Positions 1 to 13,574 of a DNA stretch of 64,000 nt are shown here, piece by piece (the stretch's first letter is position 1; every line of letters starts with the position of its first letter). Made by a program: the position numbers and the translations under genes. The notes below the pieces were generated by a model, which made no database searches, was not told where the DNA came from, and saw only the letters and a program-made list of their open reading frames with translations. The DNA comes from Chiloscyllium plagiosum (lineage: Eukaryota): assembly GCF_004010195.1 (NCBI RefSeq), contig NC_057759.1:4082301-4146300 (forward strand), written 5' to 3'.

Positions 1-427
1 TGTACAGTTGTTTCTCAAGAAGCTGCATTGCAGGTTCATCCTGAATTTACACACTTTTTTTTGCCTCCCAAAATCAGGCCCGCTCAATCCCAGCAGTATC
101 TCAATGTCGTGAAAGATATTAACTTTCAGGTGGAGTTATCCAAAATTCAAAGATGTTTTTACTTTTCTGTCTCTGTAAGATCCTGAATCAGCACCTTCAG
201 GAGAATTAGTTAGAGCGGAGTGAGAACAGAGTGGGAGAAAGAGAGCGTGGGATGGTGCTTTCAATTTTTCAGAATAACAAAAGAAAATAATGTTCCACAG
301 AAAATGGAATTGCTTTTTCTGAATTTCTACTTTGGACTGATAGTGATGAGTTTTGTAATCTCTTCTTACAGAGTATTTGAAGATCTAAAGGTGGATGTTT
401 CAGAATTAACAGTTGAAAAGCTTATGC

Positions 428-945
428 CTGTCTCTCCTCCATCGCCAGACCATGGCAACACGACGCCTGGAGGAAGAGTGCCTCATCTTCCGCCTGGGAA
501 CCCTCCAACCACAAGGGACGAATGCAGATTTCTCCAACTTCCTCATTTCTCCTCCCCACCTCCTTATCTCAGTCCAACCCTCGGACTCAGCACCGCCTTC
601 TTGACCTGCAATCTTCTTCCCGACCTCTCCGCCCCATCCCCTCTCTGGCCTATCACTCTCACCTTAACCTCCTTATACCTATCGCATTCCCAACGCCCCT
701 TCCCCAAGTCCCTCCTCCCTACCTTTTATCTTAGCCTGCTTGGCACACCCTCCTCATTCCTGAGGACGGGTTTATGCCTGAAACGTCAAATCTCCTGCTC
801 CTTGGATGCTGCCTGACCTGCTGCGCTTTTCCAGCAACACATTTTTCAGCTCTCCTCCTCTGCGGATGCTGCCTGAACTGCTGTGCTTTTCCAACAACGC
901 ACTTTTCGACTCTGACTCTCCAGCGTCTGCAGTTCTCACTTTCAC
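428..945 (+). mobile_element. Penelope-like retroelement 3' fragment (GIY-YIG C-terminus, pyrimidine-rich 3' UTR, hammerhead-containing tail)
   Basis: Frame 413..604 reads LLHRQTMATRRLEEECLIFRLGTLQPQGTNADFSNF, typical of the PLE endonuclease end. The tail matches the tail at 28440-28719. Hammerhead core CTGAGGA...GAAACGTC at 760-787. Confidence 0.8.
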
Positions 946-1173
946 TGCAATGTCTGCAATCCATCGGGGCTGCAACGATTTTAGACTATGATCCTGTGAG
1001 ATGGAGCAAAGCTTTTTGTTTCAGTACGTTTTCAGAATCAATGGAACTGGGTGAGAGAGCCCAGTATTGCAGCACACTGAGTGTGGAACCTGAAATATTT
1101 ATACAGCCTGGAAAGAGGAGTTCATGGCAGCAAGGGGCTGTACACACGTTTGTGTACAGCTGAAGCTTCAGCC

Positions 1174-2276
1174 ATGGAGAAACCCGAGGAATTCCAGCCC
1201 ATGGGGAAACCATGGAAGTGTGGAGACTGCGGGAAAGGCTTTCGTGTCCCATCTGACCTGGAAAGTCATCGACGCAGTCACACCGGGGAGAGGTCGTTCT
1301 CCTGCCCTGAGTGTGGGAAGGCATTTACTCGCTCCTCCCACCTGCTGCCCCACTGGCGGGTCCACATCGGGGAGAGGCCCTTTAGCTGCCCCGAATGCGG
1401 GAAGGCCTTCGCCGATTCCTCCGCCCTGCTGAAGCATCAGCGGGTCCACACCGGGGAGAGGCCATTCTCCTGCCCCACGTGCGGGAAGGCCTTTACCCGT
1501 TACTCCAACCTTATGAGGCACCAGGAGCTCCACACCAGGGGGAGGCCGTTCTCCTGCCCAGAGTGTGGTAAGAGCTTTAACCGCTCCTCCAGCCTGCTGG
1601 CCCACCAGTCAGTCCATTCCGGGGAGAAGCCCTTCAGCTGCCTCGAGTACGGGAAGACCTTCAGCAATTCCTCCGGCCTGCTGGCACACCAGCAGGTCCA
1701 CACAGGGGAGAGGCCATTCACCTGCTCCGTGTGTGGGAAGGGATTCAGTCAGCTGGGCAACCTGCAGAGGCACGAGTGGGTCCACACAGGGGAGAGGCCT
1801 TTCAGGTGACCCAAGTGCGGGAAGGAGTCCACTTGCTCCGCTAAGCTGATGACCCATTAGCGGATCCACACCGGGGAGAGGCCGTTCACCTGCTCTCAGT
1901 GCGGGAAGGGATTCCTCGATTCTTCCACCCTGCTGACCCACCAGTGGGTCCGCACCAGAGAAAGGCCATTCACCTGCTCCGTGTGCGGGAAAGAATTCAG
2001 TCAGGTGGGTAACCTGCGGACACAGCCGAGAGAGACCATTCACCTGCTCTCAGTGTGGGAGGGGATTAATTGATTCTTCCACCCTGCTGACCCACCAGCG
2101 GGTCCACACTGGGGAGCAGCTGTTCACCTGCTCCGTGTGCAGGAAAGGGTTCAGTCAGGTGGGCAACCTGCAGATGCACCATCGGGTCCACACCAGGGAC
2201 AGCCCGCTCACCTGCTCTAAGTGGGAAGGGCTTTATCCACTCCTCCCACCTGCGGACGCACCAGTGAGTTCATTAG
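1174..2276 (+). pseudogene. C2H2 (Kruppel-type) zinc-finger array, about 13 fingers, truncated or pseudogenised
   Basis: gccATGG at 1174 starts MEKPEEFQPMGKPWKCGDCGKGF. Seven fingers with TGERPF-type linkers precede a TGA at 1807-1809 that replaces a Cys; finger 6 has CLEY (Cys to Tyr). Six further degenerate fingers follow, with TAG at 1858-1860, a deletion/frameshift near 2025 and another near 2220. Confidence 0.88.
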
Positions 2277-2319
2277 CCATTGCAGGGGGTTTGAAGGACA
2301 ATCGACCCAGCTCTGGGGA

Positions 2320-2570
2320 CTTCCGGGTTCAAATCCCGCAGTGCAAGATGGCAGAGTTGGAATTCGGGCAGAAATCTGGTGTTCTGAATCGAATGATGAA
2401 AACAATTTTGGGGAAGAAAAATGTCTAATTCACTCATGCCCTTTTTAGTGAGGGAAACTGCGATTGCGGGTTGCATTCACTCAGTCATCCCAGCTGAATC
2501 CTTTACCCGGTCTAGCCATTGCGTGACTCCAGACCCACAGCAGTGTGGTTGATTCTTGACTGCATCCTTC
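2320..2570 (+). mobile_element. Degenerate DeuSINE/SacSINE1-like SINE
   Basis: B-box-like ggttcaaatccc, followed by the motif ...cctttacccggtctagc...gtgactccagacccacagca...ggttgattctt. Similar to 41030-41340. Confidence 0.55.
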
Positions 2571-3029
2571 CATCCGCCATCCCAAGAAAATGAGGGAGGA
2601 GGAGAAACTTACTTGGATACAGTGTATAGGTTGAAATTGCTGAGCTGACCAATCATAAAGGAAGTGGGGTGGGGAGTGTGTGCACTTTGATCTTGAGCTT
2701 TTTAAAAATTAAAGCTACATTTTGTACACCTTTTCGCTGGGGAGATCTGAAGCAGGAACAAAGTTGGGTCACAATAAAGGTTTCCTGAACTTCCCGTCAT
2801 ACTCAGACATTGAAATCTCTGGGATTTTAAAGCAGCTCATTTCTTTCATCCTCCAGCAGTAAGTTTCCAATGTTGTGTATCAGAAGGAACAGTGAATGAG
2901 TAGCTAGTATCATTAGAAATTGTAAATGTTTCAGGAGTGCGGGTACTGCATTGTTTCATCAGCATTGTAAAGTTTACTGGCAGCACCAGAAGGTGTGGGC
3001 TGTGTTCACTAGAAATGAAATGGAGGAGC

Positions 3030-3850
3030 TTGTTTTGGACTGGGGTGGATAAAGTTAAAAATCACACAACACAGAACCAGGTTATACTCCAACAGGTTTA
3101 TTTGGGAGCACTAGCTTTCGGAGCACTGCTCCTTCATCGGGTAGCTGTGGAACAGGATCATAAGACACAGAATTTAAAGCAAAAGATTATAGTTTCATGC
3201 AACTGAAATGATATATTGAACAAACCTAGATTGCTGTTAAGTCTTTCATCTTTTAGAATGGGTTGCAGGTTTCAGTTCATTAATATGTAATTCCCAGAAC
3301 TTCCTTCAAGTCACATTCTCAACATAACTTAAGGTTTTATTAAAATAAAGTGCCATCTCAACTCGGACAATATATTAAAGGTGTCAGGTTTGAGTCTGTG
3401 TGTATCCCAATCTTGAGTCAGACTGGCTCTACTTCAAAAGTAGAAATTTTAAAAATATTACGTGGACTGACCGTATGCGTTGACTGCCTGCAGATTTTGC
3501 ATTTTGAGCAAAGTACAACTCAGTAAATGCAAATTCATCCCATCGACTTACGTGTGTGTGTGCATGCGTGTGTGTGTGAGAGAGGAGAGTGTGTGCGAGA
3601 GCAAGTATGTATGCATCTGTGCATGCTTGGTAAAGTGTGTGCATGATGGAGTATAAACCTGTGTGTGGGTGGTGTATGTGTGTGTCTATCTGAGACAGAG
3701 CATATGTATGAGAGAGGATCTGCGTGAGTGTGTGTGTGAGAAAGTGTATAGTGTAGTGAGGTCATCTGTGATGTGACATGAACCCAAGGTCCCAGTTGAA
3801 GCCATCCTCATGAGTTCTGAACTTGGCCATCAGCCTCAGGTCAGCCACTG
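3030..3850 (-). mobile_element. Penelope-like element 3' end (second family) with (CA)n-rich UTR
   Basis: The minus strand at 3770-3850 encodes RLMAKFRTHEDGFNWDLGFMSH (GIY-YIG C-terminus). (TG)n-rich UTR at 3550-3750. Tail with a degenerate hammerhead at about 3110-3141. Confidence 0.75.
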
Positions 3851-4630
3851 GAAATGATTAAGCAGTTACATAACACAGTGGAGAGGGCAGGGTAGGACAT
3901 GTCTTTCAATTTGTAGAAGGTGGGAGGCTCTGGATGTTTTGATCCAGGACAAACACATGCTGGAGGACCTTTGACTCAGAGAGATGGAGCTGGAAGCCAG
4001 GCTGCAGACATGTTGTGGGGAAATGGGGAAAGTTAACCGGACACTTTATTCCAAGTGATGGTCATTCCCCACTGCACAGAGCCTTTTGATTGGTTTCAGT
4101 AGACAGTATCAGGAGGGTGTGAGTATGAGTNNNNNNNNNNNNNNNNNNNNNNNNNNNNNNNNNNNNNNNNNNNNNNNNNNNNNNNNNNNNNNNNNNNNNN
4201 NNNNNNNNNNNNNNNNNNNNNNNNNNNNNNNNNNNNNNNNNNNNNNNNNNNNNNNNNNNNNNNNNNNNNNNNNNNNNNNNNNNNNNNNNNNNNNNNNNNN
4301 NNNNNNNNNNNNNNNNNNNNNNNNNNNNNNNNNNNNNNNNNNNNNNNNNNNNNNNNNNNNNNNNNNNNNNNNNNNNNNNNNNNNNNNNNNNNNNNNNNNN
4401 NNNNNNNNNNNNNNNNNNNNNNNNNNNNNNNNNNNNNNNNNNNNNNNNNNNNNNNNNNNNNNNNNNNNNNNNNNNNNNNNNNNNNNNNNNNNNNNNNNNN
4501 NNNNNNNNNNNNNNNNNNNNNNNNNNNNNNNNNNNNNNNNNNNNNNNNNNNNNNNNNNNNNNNNNNNNNNNNNNNNNNNNNNNNNNNNNNNNNNNNNNNN
4601 NNNNNNNNNNNNNNNNNNNNNNNNNNNNNN

Positions 4631-4916
4631 ACAAGTCCACAACGACCCTCTGAACAGTATCCCACCCAGACCCATTCCCCTAACTAATGCACCTAGGCTA
4701 CACATCCCTGAACACTATGGGTAATTTAGCATGACCAGTTCCCCTAACCTGCACAACGTTGTGACAGCAGGAGGAAAGTGGAGCTCCCGGAGAAAACCCA
4801 CGCAAACACGGGGGGAATTAGCAAACTCCACACTAATAGTTGCTCCTTGCCTGATAAAACCTGGGCCCTTGGCGCTGTGAGGCAGCAGTGCTAACCACTG
4901 AGCCACCATGTTGCCC
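4631..4916 (-). mobile_element. HE1-like tRNA-derived SINE (diverged)
   Basis: Reverse complement of the HE1-type head (cagtggttagcactgctgcctcacagcgcc) at about 4870-4910, plus the body motif. Truncated by the gap. Confidence 0.8.
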
Positions 4917-5133
4917 AATGTAAGGGCATTCTTAACTTACTTGATCAATACTGTAAAACGCTGATGAGCTTCTATGAACTCTGGACATGATCTTTTGGGA
5001 ATGTCTGTGAAGCTGACACATCATTTAAGTTCTTCGGTAAAATTGTGACAATTCACAGGACACCCAAGTTTAATAAAGTCTAGATAGATTTCCACTTTAT
5101 ATAACAAAACATGAATTCCAAACTTAAATAAAT

Positions 5134-5285
5134 GATCATGATTTGGAGATGCCGGTGTTAGACTGGGGTGTACAAAGTTAAAAATCACACAATACCAGGT
5201 TTTAGTCCAACAGGTTTAATTGGAAGCACACTAACTTGCAGAGCGTCGCTGTTGGAAGATAACCTGGTGTTGTGTGATTTTTAAC
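5134..5285. mobile_element. Short palindromic Penelope-terminus-derived element (internally deleted)
   Basis: Inverted arms gttaaaaatcacacaataccaggtt / aacctggtgttgtgtgatttttaac. Same family as 63282-63486. Possible TSD taaataaat at 5125-5133 and 5286-5294. Confidence 0.7.
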
Positions 5286-5539
5286 TAAATAAATAATGAC
5301 AACGTTCTAGCGACACCTACGACAACAGCTATGTTCCCTGGAACACCTGCAGACAATAAGTTATTCTTTAATAAATAATAAAATGCTCTCCAGAGAGCAT
5401 GTAAATACTAACACTCTCCCCATAATTCCGTTATACACGGTCTCCTGTTGGTCAGCGACTCTGTATATACTGCCACTGTTTGTGCAGCTACTGCAACAAA
5501 ACGTTGTGGCAGATGATTTTGAAACTGACACAATCACCT

Positions 5540-5772
5540 GATCTGTGTGGAGTTTGCACATTCTCCCTGTGTCTGCTTGGGTTTCCTCCGGGTGCTCCAG
5601 TTTCCTCCCACATTCCAATGATGTACAGGTTAGGTGAAGTAGCCATGTTAAATTGTCAGTAGTGATCAGGAAAGTGTAAGTTAGGTGTATTAGTTGAGTA
5701 ATCGGGTAAGGGACCTGGGTGGGATACGCTTGATGGGCCAAATAGCCGCCTTCCACAGTGTAGGGATTCTAT
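5540..5772 (+). mobile_element. HE1-like SINE, 5'-truncated
   Basis: ctgtgtggagtttgcacattctccctgtgtctg...gggtttcctccgggtgctcc body motif. Confidence 0.75.
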
Positions 5773-6699
5773 AAATTGCACATGTGGGTGCATTTGGACT
5801 GGAATGGAAATTTGCACCTTCTGTTGTCATGCAACTGCGTACCTTGTATTTTTAACTTCACATACAAGGTCATTTGAGGAAGCTTGGTGGATTCATTCGT
5901 GTGCTATGCAAATGGAACACAATGCACGACATTGGTGATGGATGTGGTCAATGGTCACACTGGAGAATGCATGCAACAACGAGCAGACTACTTTGTTTTA
6001 GAAACTGTGGTGATGCTGATAGTGATTGGAGTCACAATCATCTCTGAAGGTGGAGAGAATTTTATAATTCTCGTCTACTGTGATTTCGTACTTATGGGCC
6101 GATTTTAGAACGTCATGAACAGGATTCTTGCCACAGGCTTTCCTCACTACAGAGCATTCTAACCTTTTTGAATTCACGGCCTTCTTTAAATCATAATGAC
6201 AACAATTTCCATTCTGCAATTCAGTTGAAGTATCTGCATCTCGATATTATGAGAGGCGTTGCATAGTTCATGAGACCCACGAAACATGATTGAACTTACG
6301 TTTTTCAGCAGTGTTTGTTAGAGATCATGGCTTAAGTACTCCCTTACTCTTGAACATTAGTACTCATAGGTGTTTTGAGGATTTAGCGATGGAAGAAGTC
6401 TATAGCTGGGATGAATGGGAAAATGTTTGGAGGGCATTTGTGAAAACTACCTTTCACATTTAGGGTTTTCTAAATCTGGAATGCACTGCCCTAGAAGGCA
6501 GTACAGGCGAGAAACCTTTAAAAATACGTAGGCCAGCACGTGAAATGCCATATGGTATATTGTCCTGGAAAGTACACAGCTATTCCAAATCATCTGTATC
6601 CTGCCCTATCCTTTGAAAACTGTGGTCACTACCCACAACTCCAAAAACTTTCATATCACCTGCATATATCGTCTCCGACTTGCTAACTTACCATGGATT

Positions 6700-7647
6700 C
6701 CATGCAAACTAACTTCTGGACCAGCTTACGATGAAGGAACTTTTCAAATGCTTTGGAACAGTCCATGTAGAAAATAACAACTGCCTACCCTCATCAGTCA
6801 CCTTCACCTCTTCCTCATAAAAACACAATGTAATTGATAAAAGAAGTCATCATTCACATAAAGGCATGCGTATCCTCCCTCATAATTGCATTCTTTGTTC
6901 CAAAAATCATCCGCAGTAATTTCCCTACTACAAATATAAAGGCCTATGAACCTGAAGTCTCCTTGATTATCCCTGTTGCCCTAGTTAAGCGACGGAACAG
7001 TGTCGGCTTTTAGTCAGTCTTGTGGGTCCTTACATGTCGCTAAAGGGGACAGAACGAATTTTGTCAAGATTCCACTAGTATGCTCCATTGGCTCCTTCAG
7101 TATTATTGAGTAGATCCATGCTGATCCACAGCTTGACACATCTTACTGATTTTCAAAGAACCCATTATTCCTACTTCTTAGGATTGACATACCTCAGAAT
7201 ATAAACATACCCCTCTATAACCTTAATATAATAACTATCCTTTTCCTCCGTGAATTTCGATGCAAAGTACACATTAAGGACTTTACCCACTCCACTAGCT
7301 CTAATTTCATTGTCCCGTCTAGTAGCCCCATCTACACCGCCCCCTCCACATTGTTTTGTATAAATTCTTGTCTGCTCCCTTGTAATACTGAAGACCCTTG
7401 CTTAATTTTAGTTTCCAGCCTCTTAGACTTTCAATGTTTCACATCCACCAAGGTTCCCGAATTCTGTAATTCATGCTCTTCATCCTTACGGTAGCATGCT
7501 AGTCCTGAAATGTGATTAAACGACATTTAAACGACTCCCACATTTCATATGTTTATTTTACGGGAACCAGCCACTCCGATTTAGTTTCTCAAGTTCTGAC
7601 AAACACTGTTCCAGCTAGCCTTCTCCCAATTTAGTGCGTTCCCGTGT
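6700..7647 (-). mobile_element. Old, highly degenerate CR1-type LINE fragment
   Basis: Remnants of the reverse-complement RT region (caaatgctttggaacagtccatgtag; gtaatttccctactaca; ttatccctgttgccc). Confidence 0.5.
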
Positions 7648-9680
7648 CATAGAACATAGAACAATACAGCACAGAACAGGCCCTTCGGCCCACGATGTTA
7701 TGCTGAACATTTGTCCTAGCTGAAGCACCCATCCATGTACCTATCCAATTGCCGCTTAATGATTCTGACTCTGCCACTCCCACAGGCAGCGAATTCCATG
7801 CCCCCACCACTCTCTGTGTAAAGAACCTACCCCTGACATCCCCCCTATACCTTCCATCCCTCACCTTAAATTTATGTCCCCTTGTAACACTCTGTTGTAC
7901 CCGGGGAAAAAGTCTCTGTCTACTCTATCGATTCCCCGATCATCTTATAAACCTCTATCAAGTCACCCCTCATCATTCACCGTTCCAATGCGAAAAGGCC
8001 TAGCACTCTCAACCTATCCTCGTACGACCTATTCTCCATTCCAGGCAACATCCTGGTAAATCTCCTCTGCACCCTCCCCAAAGCTTCCACATCTTTCCTA
8101 AAATGAGGCGATCAGAACTGCACACAGTACTCCAAATGTGGCCTTACCAAGGTCCTGTACAGCTGCAACATCACTTCATGACTCTTGAATTCAATCCCTC
8201 TGCTAATGATCACTAATACACTATAGGCCTTCTTACAAGCTCTATCCACCTGAGTGGCAACTTTCAATGATCTACGAATATAGACCCCAAGATCCCTCTG
8301 CTCCTCTATCTTACTAAGAACCCTACCGTTAACCCTGTATTCCGCATTCCTATTTGTCATCCAAAATGGCAACCTCACGCTTGACAGGGTTGAATTCCAT
8401 CTGCCACTCCTCAGCCCAGCTCTGCATCATATCTAAGTCCCTTTGCAGCCAACAGCCCTCCGCACTATCCACAACTCCACCAATCTTCGTATCGTCTGCA
8501 AATTTACTGACCTACCCTTCCACTCCCTCTTCCAAATCATTAATAAAAATTACAAACAGCAGAGTACCCAGAACTGATCCCTGCGGAACTCCACATGTAA
8601 CTGGGCTCCTGGCTGAATATTTACCATCCACCACCACTCTCTGACTTCGACCGGTTAGCCAGTTCTCTATCCAACTGCCCAAACTTCACACTATCCCATG
8701 CCTCCTGACTTTCCACACAAGCCTACCTTGGGGAACCTTATCAAATGCCTTACTAAAGTCCATGTACACTACATCCATTGCTCTACCCTCATCCACGTGC
8801 TTGGTCACCTCCTCAAAGAATTCAATAAGACTTTTAAGGCAATACGTACCCCTCACAAATCCGTGCTGGCTGTCCCTAATCAAGCAGTGTCTTTCCAGAT
8901 ACTCATAAATCCTATCCCTTAGTACCCTTTCCATTACTTTGCCTACCACCGAAGTAAGACCAACTGGCCTGTAATTCCCGGGGTTATCCCTATTCCCTTT
9001 TTTGAACAGGGGCACAACATTCGCCACTCTCCATCCCCTGGCACCACCGCCATTGACAGTGAAGATGAAAAGATCATTGCCAACGGTTCCGCAATTTCCT
9101 CTCTTGCGTCCCACATAATCCTAGGATATATCCCGTCAGGCCCGGGCAACTTTTCTATCCTCAAGTTTTTCAAAATGCCCAACACATCTTCCTTCCTAAC
9201 AAGTATCTCCTCTAGCTTACCAGCTCTCCTATCTCTTCCGAATCAATACACAGTCTCCCACTACTGTCCTTGATCGGACCTACCCTCGATATCGTCATTC
9301 TCATGTTTCTCACATACGCATAAAAGGCCTTGGGGTTATCCTTGATCCTACCCGCCAAAGATTTTTCATGCCCTTTCTTAGCTCTCCTAATCCCTTTCTT
9401 CACCTCCTTCTTGGCTATCCTGTATTCCTCCAACGCTCTGTCTGAACCTTGTTTCCTCAACCTTATGTAAGCCTCCTTCTTCCTCCTTACAAGACATTCA
9501 ACCTCCCTCGTCAACCAAGGTTCCCTCCACGACCATCTCTTTCCAGCCTGACAGGTACATACATATCAAGGACACGTCGTATCTGTTCCTTGAAAACGTT
9601 CCACATTTCGACGACATCCTTCCCTGACAGCCTATGCTCCCAATTTATGCTCCTCAGATCCTGTCTTGCAGCATCAGCAG
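7648..9680 (-). mobile_element. CR1/HER1-type LINE ORF2 (RT) and 3' tail, 5'-truncated, relatively young
   Basis: Minus ORFs read WRVANVVPLFKKGNRDNPGNYRPVGLTSVVGK...SQHGF...DVVYMDFSKAFDKV and LYRTLVRPHLEYCVQF. (catagaa)n tail at 7648. Confidence 0.93.
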
Positions 9681-10959
9681 TTGTTTCTTATTCAGCAAAA
9701 TCTTAAGACATATGCATATTATTCCCAAACAGCTTCCTCATTGAAATTTCGATCACCTGGCTATGCTCACTATCTGAAGCAAGAACGAATGAAACTCTTT
9801 CATATTTGGAATTTGTTTCAAGGAACCCTTCACATGCACAAACAAATTCTGCTTTTTCTCAGCACGTTGCACAGAAGGAGTTGAACCCAACAGTTCGGAA
9901 GGGGACGAGTGTTAAACTACCTATGGCAACCGTTGCTGTGTAGATTTATCATTGGGTTCTAATCTCTCTGCTTTCGGATTGACGTCTGGGAGGTAAATTA
10001 TCATTGTTTATCATTCATCACAATGGATCTTAAAATACAACATGCGACTTGCAGAATTAGAACATGATTTGGAATTTCGGACACAAATACATTTTTTTGT
10101 CCAGAGATGGGACAACTTTAACTCAAAATAAATTCTCTTTTAAATTAATTAAATTTTCTGTTCCTTCGAAGATGTTAATGTTATAAGTAGTGTTGATTGT
10201 GTGTTTCCACAAATCAATCCTGTCTGTGATCCCTGCAATACTTTGCAGGCGTGTGATCATAAAGAAATAACTCATCACACAAGTAGAATGAATAAAAGAA
10301 ATGACATTTTCTGCTGTGACTGAGTATCACAAAATGGTGACTCCACCCTCAGAGTCTAGATAGAGGCTCATTAATGAAGCATTGTTGTCCATAACAGGTC
10401 ATCAGGAATAATAAAAGTAACAAGACATTAATACGTCAGATAAACAGACCTGCAGGCGCGTGGCTGCATGTTTTCTTTAGGACGCAGCTTCAAAGCGAAT
10501 ACTGATGAGAGTAAAGAATGCCTGTACTGGTGATAGTGGCAGCCACGCTAAAGGATACTTCAGGTGTATTCACATATGCATTTGGGATGCCGAGACAGAC
10601 AAACCGTGGACCAAGTACTGGGAATTTGAAGTAAACAATTAAAATGATGCATTTAATAATGCCAGATGAATGAGCCAAAGGCATTTCTTGCTATGGTCTA
10701 CAGCTTTATGTCTTTGCGATGCAATAAGCCTTGCAAATCTGAGCATCATTTTAGTTATGTCAGGAATATAATCATTATATCTGTCTACAAAACAACTCTT
10801 ATCTTTGGCATGCACACGGATTCCTCCTCTTAGTTTCTGTTGGCCGCTGTCATTGCCCTCCCAAACTCACCACGTTGCTCTCCCTTCTCTTTTTTTGTCA
10901 GTATTGGGAATAGTAATTACGATTCCATAAGTCTCTGAATATTCATGGACAAAGAGCAG

Positions 10960-13105
10960 AGTAGTCCTAAAGGAAGAATACTAAATTGGGGGAACGCCAA
11001 TTACACCAAAATTCGGCAGGAGTTGGCGAATGTAAATTGGGATCAGCTGTTTGAAGGGAAATCCATATTTAATATGTAGGACGCTTTTAAAAAGAGGTTG
11101 ATTAGAGTTGAGGAGAGATATGTTCCTGTGAAAATGAGGAGTAGAAATCGTAAGATTTGGAAACCATGAAATGGTGAGACTTGCTAAGAGGCAAAAGGAT
11201 CCTTGCATAAGGTACAGGTGACTAAAGACAGATGAAGCTTTCGAAGAATACTGGGAATGTAGGACCAACCTGCAATTAAGAGGACTAAAAGGGGTCATGA
11301 GATATTCTAAGCGAGCATGATGAAGGAAAATCTCAAAGTCGTTTATTCATTTATAAGGACCAAGAGGGTAATTAGCGAAAGGGTTGGCCCACTCAAAGAC
11401 AAAAGAGGAAAGATACGCGTGGAGTCAGAGAAAATGAGTGCATTGCATCGGTATCGACAGAGGAGAGGGACATGGCGGATGTTGAGGTTAGGGATAAATC
11501 CTTGATTACTCTAGGTCAAGTCGACATGAAGAGGGAGGAAGGGTTGGGTATTCTAAAAGGCATAAATGTGGGCAAGAATCAAACGACATCTATCCCAGAT
11601 TGATGAGGGAAATTATAGAGGAAATACTTGGGGCTTTGACAGATATCTTTTCAGCATCCATGATCACGAAGGAGGATTCAAAGGACTTGGGAATTGTTAA
11701 TTTGTCCCTTGTTTAAGAATGGTAGCAGGGATAATCCGGATAATTAAAGACCTGCGAGCCTGACGTCAGTGGTAGGGAAGCTACTGGCGAAGGTACTGAG
11801 AGATGGGATTTTTATCCAATTGGAAGAAAATGGGCTTATGAATGATGTGCAGCATGTTTTTGTTCGGGGGAGTTCATGTCTTACAATCGTAATAGAAATT
11901 TTTGAAGTGGTGAAAATGTTGATTGATGAGGGAAGGGATGTAGATGTCAATCCATGGACTTTAGAAATGCGTTTGATAAGATTCCCATGGTAGACGAATG
12001 GAGAATGTGAAGTTGCATAGAGTCCAGGGTATTCTAGCCTGATAGATAGAGAAGTGGTTGGGTAACAGGAGACAGAGAGTAGTAGTGGAAGGATGCTTCT
12101 CAAAACGGAGACATGTGACCAGTACTGTTCCACATGGATCTGTACTGGGACCACTGTTGTTTGTGATATACACAAACTATTTGGAGGAAAGTGCAGGTTG
12201 CCTCATTAGCAAGTTTGCAGATGACACTAAATTGGTGAAGTAGCAGGTAGTGAAGGGGATTGTCAGAGAATTCAGTAGGGCATAGATAGATTCGAGCATT
12301 AGGTGGAGAAATGGCAGCTGAAGTTCAATCCGCACAAATGCATTTTGGAACATCCAATTCAAGAGCGAACTATTCAATAAATGGAAAAGTCCTGGGGAAA
12401 TTTGATGTACAAAGAATTCTCAGTCTTCAGGTCAATTGTTCCCTGAAGGTCGCAACACAGGTGACTGGAGTGGTCAAGAAGGCATACAGCATGCTTTCTT
12501 TCACTGGGCGTGGAATTGAGTACAAGAGTTGGCAGGTCATGTTACAGTTGTATAAGATTTTGGTTCGGCTACATTTGGAATACTGCATACATTTCTGGTC
12601 GCCACATTACCAAAAGGATGTGGATGCTTTGGACAGGGTGCAGAGGAGGTTCACGAGGATGTGTCCAGGTATGGGGAGTGTTAGCTATGAGGAGAGGCTG
12701 AGTAGATTAGGATTATTTCATTGGAAAGAAGGTGGTTAGGGGAGACCTGATTGACGCGCATAAAATCATGAGAGAAGTAGAAAGGGTGGATAGCAAGAAG
12801 GATTTTCCATTAGTGGAGAACTCAATTACTAGGGGTCACGAGTTCAAAGAGACAGGGGAAAGGTTTTGGGGAGATATGCAAGGAAAGTTCTTCACGCAGA
12901 GGGTGTTGGGTGCTTGGAATGTGTTGCTAGTGGAGGTTGTAGGTGCGTAAATGATAGCGGCATTTAAGATATATCTCGGCGGATACATGAATGGGTAGGG
13001 AGCAAAGGGATTTAGAAAATAGGCTGCAGGTTTCTATTGAGGATCTGAATTGCTGCAGGCACGGAGTGCTGAAGGGTCTGTTCCTGTGCTGTCATGTTCT
13101 TTGTT
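10960..13105 (+). mobile_element. CR1-type LINE ORF2 fragment, degenerate
   Basis: VPHGSVLGPLLFVIY, ISKFADDTK, LYKILVRLHLEYCIHFWSPHY, FFTQRV motifs spread over frameshifted ORFs. Confidence 0.9.
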
Positions 13106-13574
13106 CTTTCATCTTTCTTCTATTCTGGCATCGCCCCCTTCCAGAAGTGAGCATTTTGAAACGAATTCACTATGACATCCGCCAAAGTGGTTACCACTCA
13201 CTTTTACTATTTTTGAACAATTGGACGTCACAAGGATCTGAATGGAATAGTAAATTATTTTGCAAAAAGAAAAAGCACAGGTGGACAGTCTCAGCAGATT
13301 TAAGGCTGTCATATTAAAAGCAATGAGAAGAAAAAGGTGCCTGATCCATGCACATGTTGCCCCTCTCCCAGGAGGCAAAGTAGTCTGTGGTAGCGTTAGA
13401 ACTTTCTTTTCTCTCAGTCAAGTGGAAGATTTGGAATACTGGCTGCAAATGCTCCTTCCTCAGAGAACTGAATTCCGCAGAGAAACAAAGCATTGATTTA
13501 CGTTGTGCTTGCAAAGATGCTGAGCTTCCAGTTACCTGCCAGTTTAACACACCACTATGTTCCCTGGCCAACAT

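Noticed and set aside
220..816. 198-aa ORF upstream of the ZNF
   Set aside because: GTG start; runs through probable intron and Penelope 3' sequence in a non-native frame.
4062..4724. Long ORFs spanning the first gap (likewise 26947-28423 and 14444-14626)
   Set aside because: Artefacts of N runs; only the PLE RT part at 27078-27394 is real.
5880..6300. Cys-containing ORFs (chemokine-like CC...C on minus; hydrophobic ORF on plus)
   Set aside because: Cys spacing and exon structure do not fit a chemokine; no recognisable family.
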